A stretch of DNA of 32,000 nt. It comes from Paracoccus suum. GTDB taxonomy: Bacteria > Pseudomonadota > Alphaproteobacteria > Rhodobacterales > Rhodobacteraceae. Positions within the stretch are counted from its first letter, which is position 1. The number at the start of each line of letters is the position of its first letter. The position numbers were made by a program, and so were the translations under genes. Positions 1 through 8,800 of this stretch are shown here, in pieces. The DNA is taken from contig NZ_CP030918.1 of NCBI RefSeq assembly GCF_003324675.1, forward strand, positions 120,001 through 152,000. Direction: 5' to 3'. Below the pieces are notes generated by a model that ran no database searches, had not been told where the DNA came from, and saw only the letters and a program-made list of their open reading frames with translations.

Positions 1-1
1 G

Positions 2-457
2 GTGGGCATCTGCTTTGGCCACCAGATCATCGCCCATGCGCTGGGCGGCAAGGTCGAGAAATTTGCCGGCGGCTGGGCCGTGGGGGCGCAGGACTACCAG
101 TTCGAGGGCCAGCCAGTCACGCTGAACGCCTGGCATCAGGACCAGGTCACGACCCGGCCGCCGGGGGCAGAGATCGCCGCCAGCAACGCATTTTGCGAAA
201 ACGCGGCCCTGGTCTATGGCGATCGCGCCTTTACGGTCCAGGCCCACCCCGAGTTCGGCGAGGGGTTCATCGAGGCGCTGATGACCCACCGCGCCCCCGG
301 CGTTGTGCCCGAGCCGCTGCTCGACACCGCCCGTGACCGGCTGGGCCCGGCCAAGGACCAGGCGCTGATCGCTGACCGGATCGAGGCCTTCCTGCGCCAG
401 CCCCGCACTGCCCTTGGCAACAAGGCTACGGAGCATGCCACGCGGGGAGCCGCCTGA
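2..457 (+). CDS. class I (triad) glutamine amidotransferase, GuaA-like GATase1 domain protein; 5' end cut by window edge
   Basis: ORF-track protein has the nucleophile-elbow motif GICFGHQ and the downstream VQAHPEF His/Glu triad region typical of GATase1. It lies just upstream of a GS-like ligase and an FAD oxidase on the same strand. Confidence 0.8.
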   Translation: MGICFGHQIIAHALGGKVEKFAGGWAVGAQDYQFEGQPVTLNAWHQDQVTTRPPGAEIAASNAFCENAALVYGDRAFTVQAHPEFGEGFIEALMTHRAPGVVPEPLLDTARDRLGPAKDQALIADRIEAFLRQPRTALGNKATEHATRGAA

Positions 458-686
458 TGTCTATCCTGTCCGCCGCCGGCAAATGGAAGGCCGGCCGGAA
501 CCGCTCGGAAGCGGCCGGCCCGGACACGGTGCCGGCCCCGATCCGGCCCTGAAGCCAAAGGCGCGCGCAGTCCCGCGCCATTCCTGAAACCGAACGCTGA
601 ACCGAAGGGCCGCGCGCCCGGAAAGCGACCCCCATGACCGCCCGCATCGCCCCGAACTGCCCCCACCACGACCGGAGGGCCGTGTG

Positions 687-2042
687 ATGGCTGACTGGCT
701 GAAACAATCCCCCGCCGCTGCCCGCGAGTATGTCGAGGGCCGCCGTCTCGATGAGGTCGAGTGCATCGTCCCCGACATCGCCGGCGTCGCCCGCGGCAAG
801 GCCATGCCTGCCAGCAAGTTCGCCCGGCAGGAAAGCTTTTACCTGCCCAACAGCATCTTCCTGCAGACCATCACCGGGGAATGGGCCGACAACCCCCAGG
901 GCGCCTTTACCGAACCGGACATGGTCTGCGTGCCGGATTTCTCGACCACCAGTGCCTCGCCCTGGACCAATGACGTCACCCTGCAGGTGATCCATGATGT
1001 CTTCGACCAGCAGGGCGAGCCGGTGCCCGCTGCGCCCCGCAACGTGCTGCGCCGCATCGTCGGCCTTTATGAGGCGCGCGGCTGGCAGCCGATCGTCGCG
1101 CCGGAGATGGAGTTCTTTCTGGTCGCCCGCAACATCGACCCGAACCAGCCGATCCAGCCGCCGATGGGCCGCAGCGGCCGCCGCGCCGCCGCCAAGCAGG
1201 CCTATTCGGTCAGCGCGGTCGACGAGTACGGCCGGGTGATCGACGACATCTACGATTTCGCCGAAGCGCAGGGGTTCGAGATCGACGGCATCCTGCAGGA
1301 GGGCGGCGCCGGACAGGTCGAGATCAACCTGGCCCATGGCGATCCGGTCCACCTGGCCGACCAGATCTTCTTCTTCAAGCGTATGATCCGCGAGGCGGCG
1401 CTGCGCCACGACTGCTTTGCCACCTTCATGGCCAAGCCGATCGAGGGTGAGCCGGGCAGCGCGATGCACATCCACCACTCGGTGATCGACCGGGCGAGCG
1501 GGGCCAACATCTTCAGCGATCCCCAAGGGGCCGAGACGCCAGAGTTCCTGCATTTCATCGCCGGGATGCAGACGCACCTGCCCGCGGCGGTCGCGCTGCT
1601 GGCACCCTATGTCAACAGCTATCGCCGCTATGTCCCTGATTTTGCAGCGCCCATCAACTTGGAATGGGGCCGCGACAACCGCACCACAGGACTGCGCGTG
1701 CCGATCAGCGGGCCCGAGGCGCGGCGTATCGAAAACCGCCTCGTGGGGATGGACTGCAACCCCTACCTCGGCTTTGCCGCCAGCCTCGCCTGCGGTTATC
1801 TCGGCCTGACCGAAGGCAAAATGCCGCGTGCCGAATGCCTTGGCGACGCCTACATCTCCGAGGACGAGTTGCCCACGAACCTGGGCGATGCCCTCGACAC
1901 CATGGTCGACAGCCAGCCCATGCGCGAGGTGCTGGGCAGCGGCTTTGTCGATGTCTACGATTCGGTGAAGCGCAACGAATACAAGGAGTTCCTGCAGGTC
2001 ATCAGCCCGTGGGAGCGCGAGCACCTGCTGCTGAACGTATGA
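687..2042 (+). CDS. glutamine synthetase family protein, gamma-glutamyl-amine (PuuA/GlnA3-like) synthetase
   Basis: 451 aa with a GS catalytic-domain-like sequence (EMEFF, HIHHS, NSYRRY, NRTTGLRVP, ENRLVG). GGAGGG at 674-679 lies 7 nt before the ATG at 687; the ORF track starts at an in-frame GTG at 684. Confidence 0.85.
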   Translation: MADWLKQSPAAAREYVEGRRLDEVECIVPDIAGVARGKAMPASKFARQESFYLPNSIFLQTITGEWADNPQGAFTEPDMVCVPDFSTTSASPWTNDVTLQVIHDVFDQQGEPVPAAPRNVLRRIVGLYEARGWQPIVAPEMEFFLVARNIDPNQPIQPPMGRSGRRAAAKQAYSVSAVDEYGRVIDDIYDFAEAQGFEIDGILQEGGAGQVEINLAHGDPVHLADQIFFFKRMIREAALRHDCFATFMAKPIEGEPGSAMHIHHSVIDRASGANIFSDPQGAETPEFLHFIAGMQTHLPAAVALLAPYVNSYRRYVPDFAAPINLEWGRDNRTTGLRVPISGPEARRIENRLVGMDCNPYLGFAASLACGYLGLTEGKMPRAECLGDAYISEDELPTNLGDALDTMVDSQPMREVLGSGFVDVYDSVKRNEYKEFLQVISPWEREHLLLNV

Positions 2043-3346
2043 ATCTGCTGCACGCCAACGATCGTCAGGGCCAGTATCCGGACAGCTGGTATGCGGCGAC
2101 CCGCCGCCCGCTTGACCCGTTCCCCCCATTGCGCGGCGAGGTTCGGGCCGATGTTTGCGTCATCGGCGGCGGCTACACCGGGCTCTCTGCTGCGCTGCAT
2201 CTGGCGCGGGCAGGCCGCCATGTGACCCTCCTAGAGGCACACCGGGTCGGCTTTGGCGCCTCGGGCCGCAATGGCGGGCAGCTCGGCAGCGGCCAGCGGC
2301 TCGAGGTTGATGAACTGGAAAAGCTGGCCGGCAAGACACGCGCCCACGCCCTATGGGACATGGCCGAAGAGGCCAAGGCGCTGACCCTCGCCCTCGCGCG
2401 CGACGCTGGTGTGTCCGTCCGTCGCGGCATTGCCCATTGCGCCCGCACCCCGGCTGAGGTGGCCCATGCCGCGGCCAATGCCGAACGGCTGGACCGCGAT
2501 TATGGCTATGACCAGATCGAGCCGCTGGACCGCGAGGGCCTCCGCGCCCATGTGCCGGCAGAGATTTATGCCGGCGGCGACCTCGACCATGGCGGCGCGC
2601 ATCTTCATCCGCTGAACCTGGCGCTGGGCATCGCGGCAGCCGCGCGCGATGCTGGCGCCGATCTGCGCGAGGGCAGCGAGGTCCATCACATCACCCATGG
2701 CAGCGCCAGCCGGCCGAGCGTGGTCCAGACCGCGACAGGGCGTGTGCTTTGCGATCAGGTGATTCTGGCCGGCAACGGCTATCTGGGCGGCCTCGACGGA
2801 CGGGTCGCGGCGCGGGTCATGCCGATCAACAACTATATCATCGCGACCGAACCACTGGGCGAGCGGGCGCAGGAGGTGCTGCGCGGCGGCATCGGGGCGC
2901 ATGACACCCGATTCGTGGTGAACTACTGGCGCCTCAGCGACGATGACCGGCTGCTGTTCGGCGGCGGCGAGACAGTCACCTATCGCTTTCCCACTGACAT
3001 CAAGGCGTTGGTGCGCACACCGATGTTGCGCATCTATCCGCAACTGCACGACGTGGCGATCACCCATGCCTGGGGCGGAACGCTGGCGATCACCATGTCG
3101 CGCATGCCCTATTTCGCCCGCCCGGCGCCCAACTGCCTGTCGGCAAGCGGCTTTTCCGGGCATGGCGTCGCATTGGCGAACCTAGCGGGGAAGCTGATGG
3201 CGCAGGCAGTGATGGGCCAGTCCGAAGGGTTCGACACGATGGCCGCCCTTCCCGCGCGCCCCTTCCCTGGCGGCGCCACGTTGCGGTGGCCGCTGCTGGT
3301 TGCGGGCATGTCCTGGTTCGGCCTGCGCGACCGTCTGGGAGTCTGA
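2039..3346 (+). CDS. FAD-dependent oxidoreductase, gamma-glutamylputrescine oxidase-like (PuuB/OrdL family)
   Basis: Rossmann dinucleotide motif VCVIGGGYTGLSAALHLA near the N-terminus of MNLLHAND.... The ATG at 2039 overlaps the upstream stop (ATGA at 2039-2042). The track ORF from 1664 is an upstream extension that overlaps the GS gene. Confidence 0.8.
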   Translation: MNLLHANDRQGQYPDSWYAATRRPLDPFPPLRGEVRADVCVIGGGYTGLSAALHLARAGRHVTLLEAHRVGFGASGRNGGQLGSGQRLEVDELEKLAGKTRAHALWDMAEEAKALTLALARDAGVSVRRGIAHCARTPAEVAHAAANAERLDRDYGYDQIEPLDREGLRAHVPAEIYAGGDLDHGGAHLHPLNLALGIAAAARDAGADLREGSEVHHITHGSASRPSVVQTATGRVLCDQVILAGNGYLGGLDGRVAARVMPINNYIIATEPLGERAQEVLRGGIGAHDTRFVVNYWRLSDDDRLLFGGGETVTYRFPTDIKALVRTPMLRIYPQLHDVAITHAWGGTLAITMSRMPYFARPAPNCLSASGFSGHGVALANLAGKLMAQAVMGQSEGFDTMAALPARPFPGGATLRWPLLVAGMSWFGLRDRLGV

Positions 3347-3421
3347 CGCGCTTTAATCGCCGATTCAGGAATCCGTGTCACGCCTTGGGGCATTGCGTGC
3401 CACGGCCGGCGCGGATCCGAA

Positions 3422-3838
3422 TCAAAGGTAGCGCGGAAAATCGATCTTGGGGCAGCGATTCTCGATCACGGTAATTCCCGCGTCTCGCGCCTTGGCCGCC
3501 GCCGCGGCATGCGCCACACCGATCTGCATCCAGATCACCCGCAGACTGGGCAGGCTTGCCAAGGCCTCGTCGACGATCTGCGGCACGGCCTCCGGCCGGC
3601 GAAAGATGTCGACCATGTCAACCGTACCGGAATCGGGAATCGCTGAAAGGTCCTGCTGGCAGACCTCACCCAGAATCAGCTCGCCGGCATGGCCAGGATT
3701 GACAGGGATGATGCGAAAGCCCGCAGATTGCAGGTACCGCGCCACGCTGAACGATGGTCGGTCAGCCTTGGGCGACAAGCCTACGACGGCAATCGTGCGC
3801 GTCTCACGGGCGATTCGGCCGATCTGGTCCTCGCTCAT
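3422..3838 (-). CDS. CoA-binding domain protein (YccU-like)
   Basis: IAVVGLSPKADRPSFSVARYLQSAGFRIIPVNP matches the CoA-binding Rossmann-like fold family. Start chosen at MSEDQ (ATG complement at 3836-3838) because GGAGG lies 5 nt upstream on the minus strand; the track ORF extends to 3865. Confidence 0.8.
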   Translation of the reverse strand: MSEDQIGRIARETRTIAVVGLSPKADRPSFSVARYLQSAGFRIIPVNPGHAGELILGEVCQQDLSAIPDSGTVDMVDIFRRPEAVPQIVDEALASLPSLRVIWMQIGVAHAAAAAKARDAGITVIENRCPKIDFPRYL

Positions 3839-3863
3839 GCAGTCCTCCATCCGGGGAAGTCCC

Positions 3864-3895
3864 AAAGAAAAAGCGCCCGGTCATGGACCGGGCGC
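3864..3895 (-). terminator. rho-independent terminator: 10-bp perfect GC-rich stem, 3-nt loop, U-tract
   Basis: Minus strand reads GCGCCCGGTC-CAT-GACCGGGCGC followed by TTTTTCTTT. Stem is 3873-3882 / 3886-3895, and the A-run 3864-3872 on the plus strand is the U-tract. Confidence 0.8.
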
Positions 3896-4011
3896 AAGTA
3901 GCGGAACGAGGGACAGTGATCTGAACATGACCGTTCCGAGGTCGTGTTCCGAAACCATAATGCCACAGCTTTACGTAAAGTTCCATCTTGCCGAAAAAAA
4001 ACATTTTGTGG

Positions 4012-4428
4012 TCACTGCGCCAGCTTCACGAAGGCCGCCTTCGCCTCCATCAGCCAGCGACGTGGATCGGCGGCGAACTGGCCCCGTGCCTCGTTCGACC
4101 GGAAGAAATAAAGTCGCTGCCCAACGATTGCGAAGTAGCGCGGGTTCCCCTCGCGCAGCTGCCCCTCGGCCAACGACACCGGGCAATGGCCGTCAAAACC
4201 GGGTGCATAGGCGCGGGGGTTGGCCTCGAACAGGGCGCGATGATCTTCGCTGGAAAAATGCCATTCCTGGCCGCCCCAACGGGTCGCGATCGTGGCCTGT
4301 CCCGGCACCGCGGCGTTCTGCGTGCGATAGGCGACCGCATCCATGCCGCCAAGCGCCCAACTGGCCGCAAGCGCCAGCGAGGGAAGCAGCCCCGCAATCA
4401 GGGTGGCAAGGATGGCAGGTTTCAGCAT
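4012..4428 (-). CDS. secreted YHS-domain protein (YHS domain-containing (seleno)protein family, Cys form)
   Basis: N-terminal signal peptide MLKPAILATLIAGLLPSLALA. The body (GGMDAVAY...WHFSSEDHRALFEANPRAYAPGFDGHCP...YFFRSNEARGQF) resembles the YHS/TRASH-like periplasmic family. Confidence 0.7.
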   Translation of the reverse strand: MLKPAILATLIAGLLPSLALAASWALGGMDAVAYRTQNAAVPGQATIATRWGGQEWHFSSEDHRALFEANPRAYAPGFDGHCPVSLAEGQLREGNPRYFAIVGQRLYFFRSNEARGQFAADPRRWLMEAKAAFVKLAQ

Positions 4429-4523
4429 AAGGGGCCTTTTCGCGACTTACCCTGCGGATGTGGCCTGCTTGTCCCAACTGCGCAATCCCGCACAGCCCGC
4501 CCTTGCGCGCTTGTGAACGTATT

Positions 4524-5327
4524 CTACCGCCCGGCATTGCCGGCATAGAGCGCCACCGCAGCCGCATTCGAGACGTTGAGCGAGCCAAAAGCCCCGGGGT
4601 GATCGATCCGCGCAAGGTGATCGCAGACCGCGCGCGTTCCCTCACGCAAGCCCGGTCCCTCGGCGCCAAGGACCAGGCAAACCGCAGCGCCGGCGGGCCC
4701 CGAGGCCAGCACCTCGGCCAGCGTCGGCTCGGCCGCACCGTCGAGGCCGATCACAGTGAATCCCATGTTCTGCATCTCGCGCAGGGCATCGTTGAGGTTC
4801 GGCACGCGCAGGTAGGGCTGTCGCTCCAGCGCGCCCGAGGCGGTCTTGGCCAATGCCCCAGTCTCGGGCGCGGCATGACGCGCAGGGGCGATGACGGCCC
4901 GCGCGCCGAACACCTCGGCCGAGCGCAGGATGGCACCAACGTTATGCGGGTCAGTTACCCGGTCGAGGGCGACAACCAGCGGTCGCGCGCCTGCCGGCCC
5001 CTCGCGCAAACAGACCTCGCTGAGGCTGCCCCAGCGCAGCGGCCGCACCTCCAGCGCGGCGCCCTGGTGGACGCTGTCGGGCGCCAGCGGCACGGTCTTG
5101 TCGAACACCCTCGGGTCGATGATCTCTGGCGTCATCGCCAGCTCGCCCAGCCGGTCGGCGGCATTTCGGGTCAGCACGAGGCGCAGTTTCTCGCGCGCCG
5201 GGTTCGTCAGCGCATCGCGCACGGCGTGCAGTCCGAACAGCCAGATCGTCTCGGCCGCCGAGGCGCGGCGTGCGCGTTCCTTGTCGATCACCCAGGTGGG
5301 CTTTTTCGCCTTCTTGCCTTCGCTCAT
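4524..5327 (-). CDS. rlmB: TrmH/SpoU-family RNA 2'-O-methyltransferase, RlmB-like (23S rRNA Gm2251)
   Basis: MSEGKKAKKPTWVIDKER... followed by the substrate-binding region LFGLHAVRDAL. The C-terminal SpoU methylase region contains DRVTDPHNVGAILRSAE, LVLGAEGPGL and SLNVSNAAAVALY. Start moved to M48 of the track ORF (CAT at 5325-5327). Confidence 0.8.
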   Translation of the reverse strand: MSEGKKAKKPTWVIDKERARRASAAETIWLFGLHAVRDALTNPAREKLRLVLTRNAADRLGELAMTPEIIDPRVFDKTVPLAPDSVHQGAALEVRPLRWGSLSEVCLREGPAGARPLVVALDRVTDPHNVGAILRSAEVFGARAVIAPARHAAPETGALAKTASGALERQPYLRVPNLNDALREMQNMGFTVIGLDGAAEPTLAEVLASGPAGAAVCLVLGAEGPGLREGTRAVCDHLARIDHPGAFGSLNVSNAAAVALYAGNAGR

Positions 5328-5468
5328 CGCAGTTCCGCCCTGCCTTCCGCCGGATATCCCACCCGTCCGCCGCCGCACCGCGCGGCAGACCGTCATCACC
5401 CCGATTGCCCGCTTGACGCCCCCGACGCCAGCCCTTAATCCCGCGCTGTGCCGCAGCAATGCGGGCAC

Positions 5469-5552
5469 GGGCGACGAGCTGCAAGGTGCGGCAGCGGACT
5501 GTAACTCCGCCGGGGAGACCCACGCCTGGTTCGATTCCAGGGTCGCCCACCA
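5469..5552 (+). tRNA. tRNA-Tyr(GUA), class II with long variable arm, CCA encoded; atypical D-arm
   Basis: Hand-folded cloverleaf. Acceptor GGGCGAC/GTCGCCC plus A-CCA; anticodon stem GCGGA/TCCGC with loop CTGTAAC (GTA); variable arm CGGGGAGACCCACG; T-arm CCTGG-TTCGATT-CCAGG. The D-arm is GCTG-CAAGGTG-CGGC, with G rather than U at position 8. Confidence 0.75.
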
Positions 5553-5603
5553 TTCCCCCTCATGTTGTGCAAGATCGGCCGCGGGGTCGTCTGGTCGACG
5601 GCT

Positions 5604-5831
5604 CTACTGCGCGCCGGAATCGTCGCGCGACAGACGCAATCGGATCGGTCCGACCGCGGTGCGCGGGTCGGCCGGAACGCCCTTCTGTGAGGCCTCGATC
5701 ATACCCTCATCCTGAAGCGCGCCGGCCTCATACCGCACGGCATCCATCAACGGACGCCAGTCATCTGCGAGGCGGCGCGCAACCTCCGATGGGCAGAACG
5801 TCTGCGGTGCCCGCCCTTGGGCGAGCACCAT
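5604..5831 (-). CDS. DUF3253 domain protein (start uncertain)
   Basis: ...GRAPQTFCPSEVARRLADDWRPLMDAVRYEAGALQDEGMIEASQKGVPADP... matches the small DUF3253 family. The minimal start is at M43 of the track ORF (CAT at 5829-5831). Homology probably begins a few codons earlier, near or overlapping the ileS stop. Confidence 0.6.
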   Translation of the reverse strand: MVLAQGRAPQTFCPSEVARRLADDWRPLMDAVRYEAGALQDEGMIEASQKGVPADPRTAVGPIRLRLSRDDSGAQ

Positions 5832-5857
5832 GATTTCGCCACGGATCGCCTCCGGCT

Positions 5858-8800
5858 TCAGCGGCCGAGCGCCGTCAGCGCCTCGTCGCAGCGGGCGCAG
5901 ACACCAGGGTGCGCGTGGCTGCCGACGTCGGGCAGGATCTGCCAGCAACGCTGGCATTTCTGCCCTTCAGCCAGGGCGAAGATCACCCCTACGCCCAGGA
6001 CGTCAGCCAGTAGGAATGCGCCCTCCGGTGCCGGGGCCGGCGTCAGGGTCAGGTCCGAGGTGATGCACATGTCGGCGAAATCGACGTTCTCCAGCACCGC
6101 GAACATGTCCGGATCCTCGACATGGACGACGGGCGCCGCCTCGAGGCTGGCGCCGATGGTCTTGTCGCTGCGTTTGACCTCCAGCGCGGCGGTGACCACG
6201 CGGCGGGCGCGGCGCACCATGTCCCAGCGGGCGGCGAGGGCATCGTTGCGCCAATCAGCCGGCGTCGGCGGGAAGTCGTGCAGATGCACGCTGTCGGTGT
6301 CCGAAGGCCAGCGCGACAGCCACACATCCTCGGCCGTGAAGGGCAGGATCGGCGCCAGCCACAGCGTCAGGCGGCGGAAGACCGCGTCGAGGACGGTACG
6401 GACGGCCCGACGCCGCAGGCTGCCGGGCGCGTCGCAATAGAGCGCATCCTTGCGGATATCGAACCAGAAGGCCGACAGATCGCTGGTCGCAAAGTTGAAC
6501 AGCGACTGGAATACGCCCTGGAAGTCGTAGGCTTCGAAGCCCTGGCTGACCTCGGCATCCAGTTGCGCGAGGCGGTGCAGGACCCAACGCTCAAGCTCGG
6601 GCATCTGTGCGGGCTCGACCCGCTCGGCCTCGTCGAAGTCAGCCAGCGCGCCCAGCAAGAAGCGCAGCGTGTTGCGCAGGCGGCGATAGCTGTCGGCGGT
6701 GCCCTTGAGGATCTCGGGCCCGATCCGCTGGTCAGCGGTGTAGTCGGCCTGCGCGACCCAGAGGCGCAGGATATCGGCGCCGTATTGCTCGATCACCTTG
6801 GCAGGAACGATGGTGTTGCCGAGCGATTTGGACATCTTCATGCCCTTCTCGTCCAGCGTGAAGCCATGCGTCAGCACCCCGCGATAGGGCGCGCGGCCCT
6901 GCGTCGCACAGGCCTGCAGCAACGAGGATTGGAACCAGCCGCGATGCTGGTCCGTGCCCTCGAGATAGAGGTCGGCGATCCCGTCAGGCGCGCCGTCCGC
7001 GCGGTCGCGCAGCACGAAAGCGTGGGTGGAGCCGCTGTCGAACCACACGTCCAGCACGTCCATGACCTGGTCCCATTCGGCCGGGTCATGGAGGCCTTCC
7101 AGCATCCGATCCTTGAAACCCTCGGTGTACCAGACGTCGGCGCCGTGGATCGCGAAGGCCTCGCGGATGCGGGCGTTCACCGCCTCGTCGCGCAGTAGGA
7201 AGTTGGGCGCATCCGGGCGTGCGTTGGCGCGGGTAAAGCAGGTCAGCGGCACGCCCCAGGCCCGTTGGCGTGAAAGCACCCAGTCGGGCCGATTCTCGAC
7301 CATGCTGTGGATGCGGTTGCGCCCCGTGCGGGGGGTCCATTTGACCAGCTCGTCGATCGACGCCAGCGCACGCGCGCGGATTGTTTGGCCATATTCGCCC
7401 ATGCCATCGTCCAGCGGCTTGTCGATGGCGGCGAACCACTGCGGCGTGTTTCGAAAGATGACCGGGGCCTTGGACCGCCAGCTGTGCGGATAACTGTGCT
7501 TCACTTTGCCCTTGGCCAGCAGCGCCCCTTGCCCCGCCAGCGCCTTGATGTTGCTGACGTTGGCAGGACCTTCCTTGCCCTCGGGCGTCAGGATGGCTTG
7601 ACCGCCAAAGACCGGCAGGTCCCCGCGGTAGCTGCCGTCGGGCCCGACGTTATGCGTCATCGGCAGGCCATGGCGCAGGCCCATCTGATAGTCGTCCTCG
7701 CCGTGGCTGGGGGCGGTGTGGACAAAGCCCGTGCCGGCGTCCTCAGTGACATGATCCCCGGGAAGGAGAGGGACAGGGAAGTCCCACTCCCTGCTACCTC
7801 CATCAAGTCCGCGGTAGGGATGAGAAAGTAAAATATTGCTTAGAAGATCACCCTTGAACGCCTCACCAATCTCATAGCGTTCAATTTTGGCTGCTCGAGC
7901 AATATCTTCAATCTGAGAGGACGCAACGAGAAGTTGTTCGCCAACTTTGGCGGTGCTCCCTTCAGTAACTGCATTCACGCGCAAAACTGCATAATCAATT
8001 TCAGGATTGTAAGCGACCGCACGGTTCTGCGGGATAGTCCAGGGTGTAGTTGTCCAGATCACCACCGACACGTTATTCCGCACCAGCGCGTCCTGCAGGT
8101 TCATCCGATCATCAACAATGGGCACGCCAGGCGAACTCCGCGAGACCAATGGAGCCAAAACTCGAGCAGCCTCAATCACAGGAAATCTCACCCACACCTG
8201 ATGACTGGTATGATCGTGATACTCGACCTCGGCCTCGGCCAGCGCGGTCTTCTCGACGGGCGACCACATGACCGGCTTGCTGCCCTGATAAAGGCTGCCG
8301 TTCATCACCAGCTTCATGAACTCGGCCGCGATGACTGACTCGGCGTGGAAGTTCATGGTCAGGTAGGGATCGGCCCAGTTGCCAATGACGCCTAGCCGCT
8401 CGAACTCCGCCCGCTGGGTGTCCACCCAACCGGCGGCGAAGGCGCGGCATTCCTGGCGGAACTCGATCATGTCGACCGCGTCCTTGTCCTGACCGCGGGC
8501 GCGATACTGCTCCTCGATCTTCCATTCGATCGGCAGGCCGTGGCAGTCCCAACCGGGGACATAGCGCGCATCGCGGCCCATCATCTGCTGGCTGCGGGTT
8601 ACGATGTCCTTGAGGACCTTGTTCAGCGCGTGGCCGATGTGCAGGTGGCCGTTGGCGTAGGGCGGGCCGTCATGCAGGATGAACGGCCGGCGCCCCGCCG
8701 CATTGGCGCGCAACTGGTCGTAGATGCGGAGACGCGCCCAGCGGGCCAGCCATTCGGGCTCGCGCTGCGGCAGGCCGGCGCGCATGGGAAATTCGGTTTC

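Noticed and set aside
493-520. GC-rich hairpin GGCCGG(AA)CCGC-TCGGAA-GCGGCCGGCC after the GATase stop, as a possible terminator
   Set aside because: No U-tract follows it. It could be a REP-like or rho-dependent element, and there is not enough evidence to call a terminator.
1664-2038. Upstream extension of the FAD-oxidase ORF (track start 1664)
   Set aside because: It overlaps the 3' third of the GS-like gene in another frame. The family-like sequence and Rossmann motif begin right after the ATG at 2039, which is coupled to the upstream stop.
426-2129. 567-aa minus-strand ORF antisense to the GS-like gene
   Set aside because: It is Arg/Gly/Ala/Asp-rich with no recognisable motifs and completely shadows a well-supported plus-strand gene. 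Such shadow ORFs are a typical artefact of high-GC DNA.
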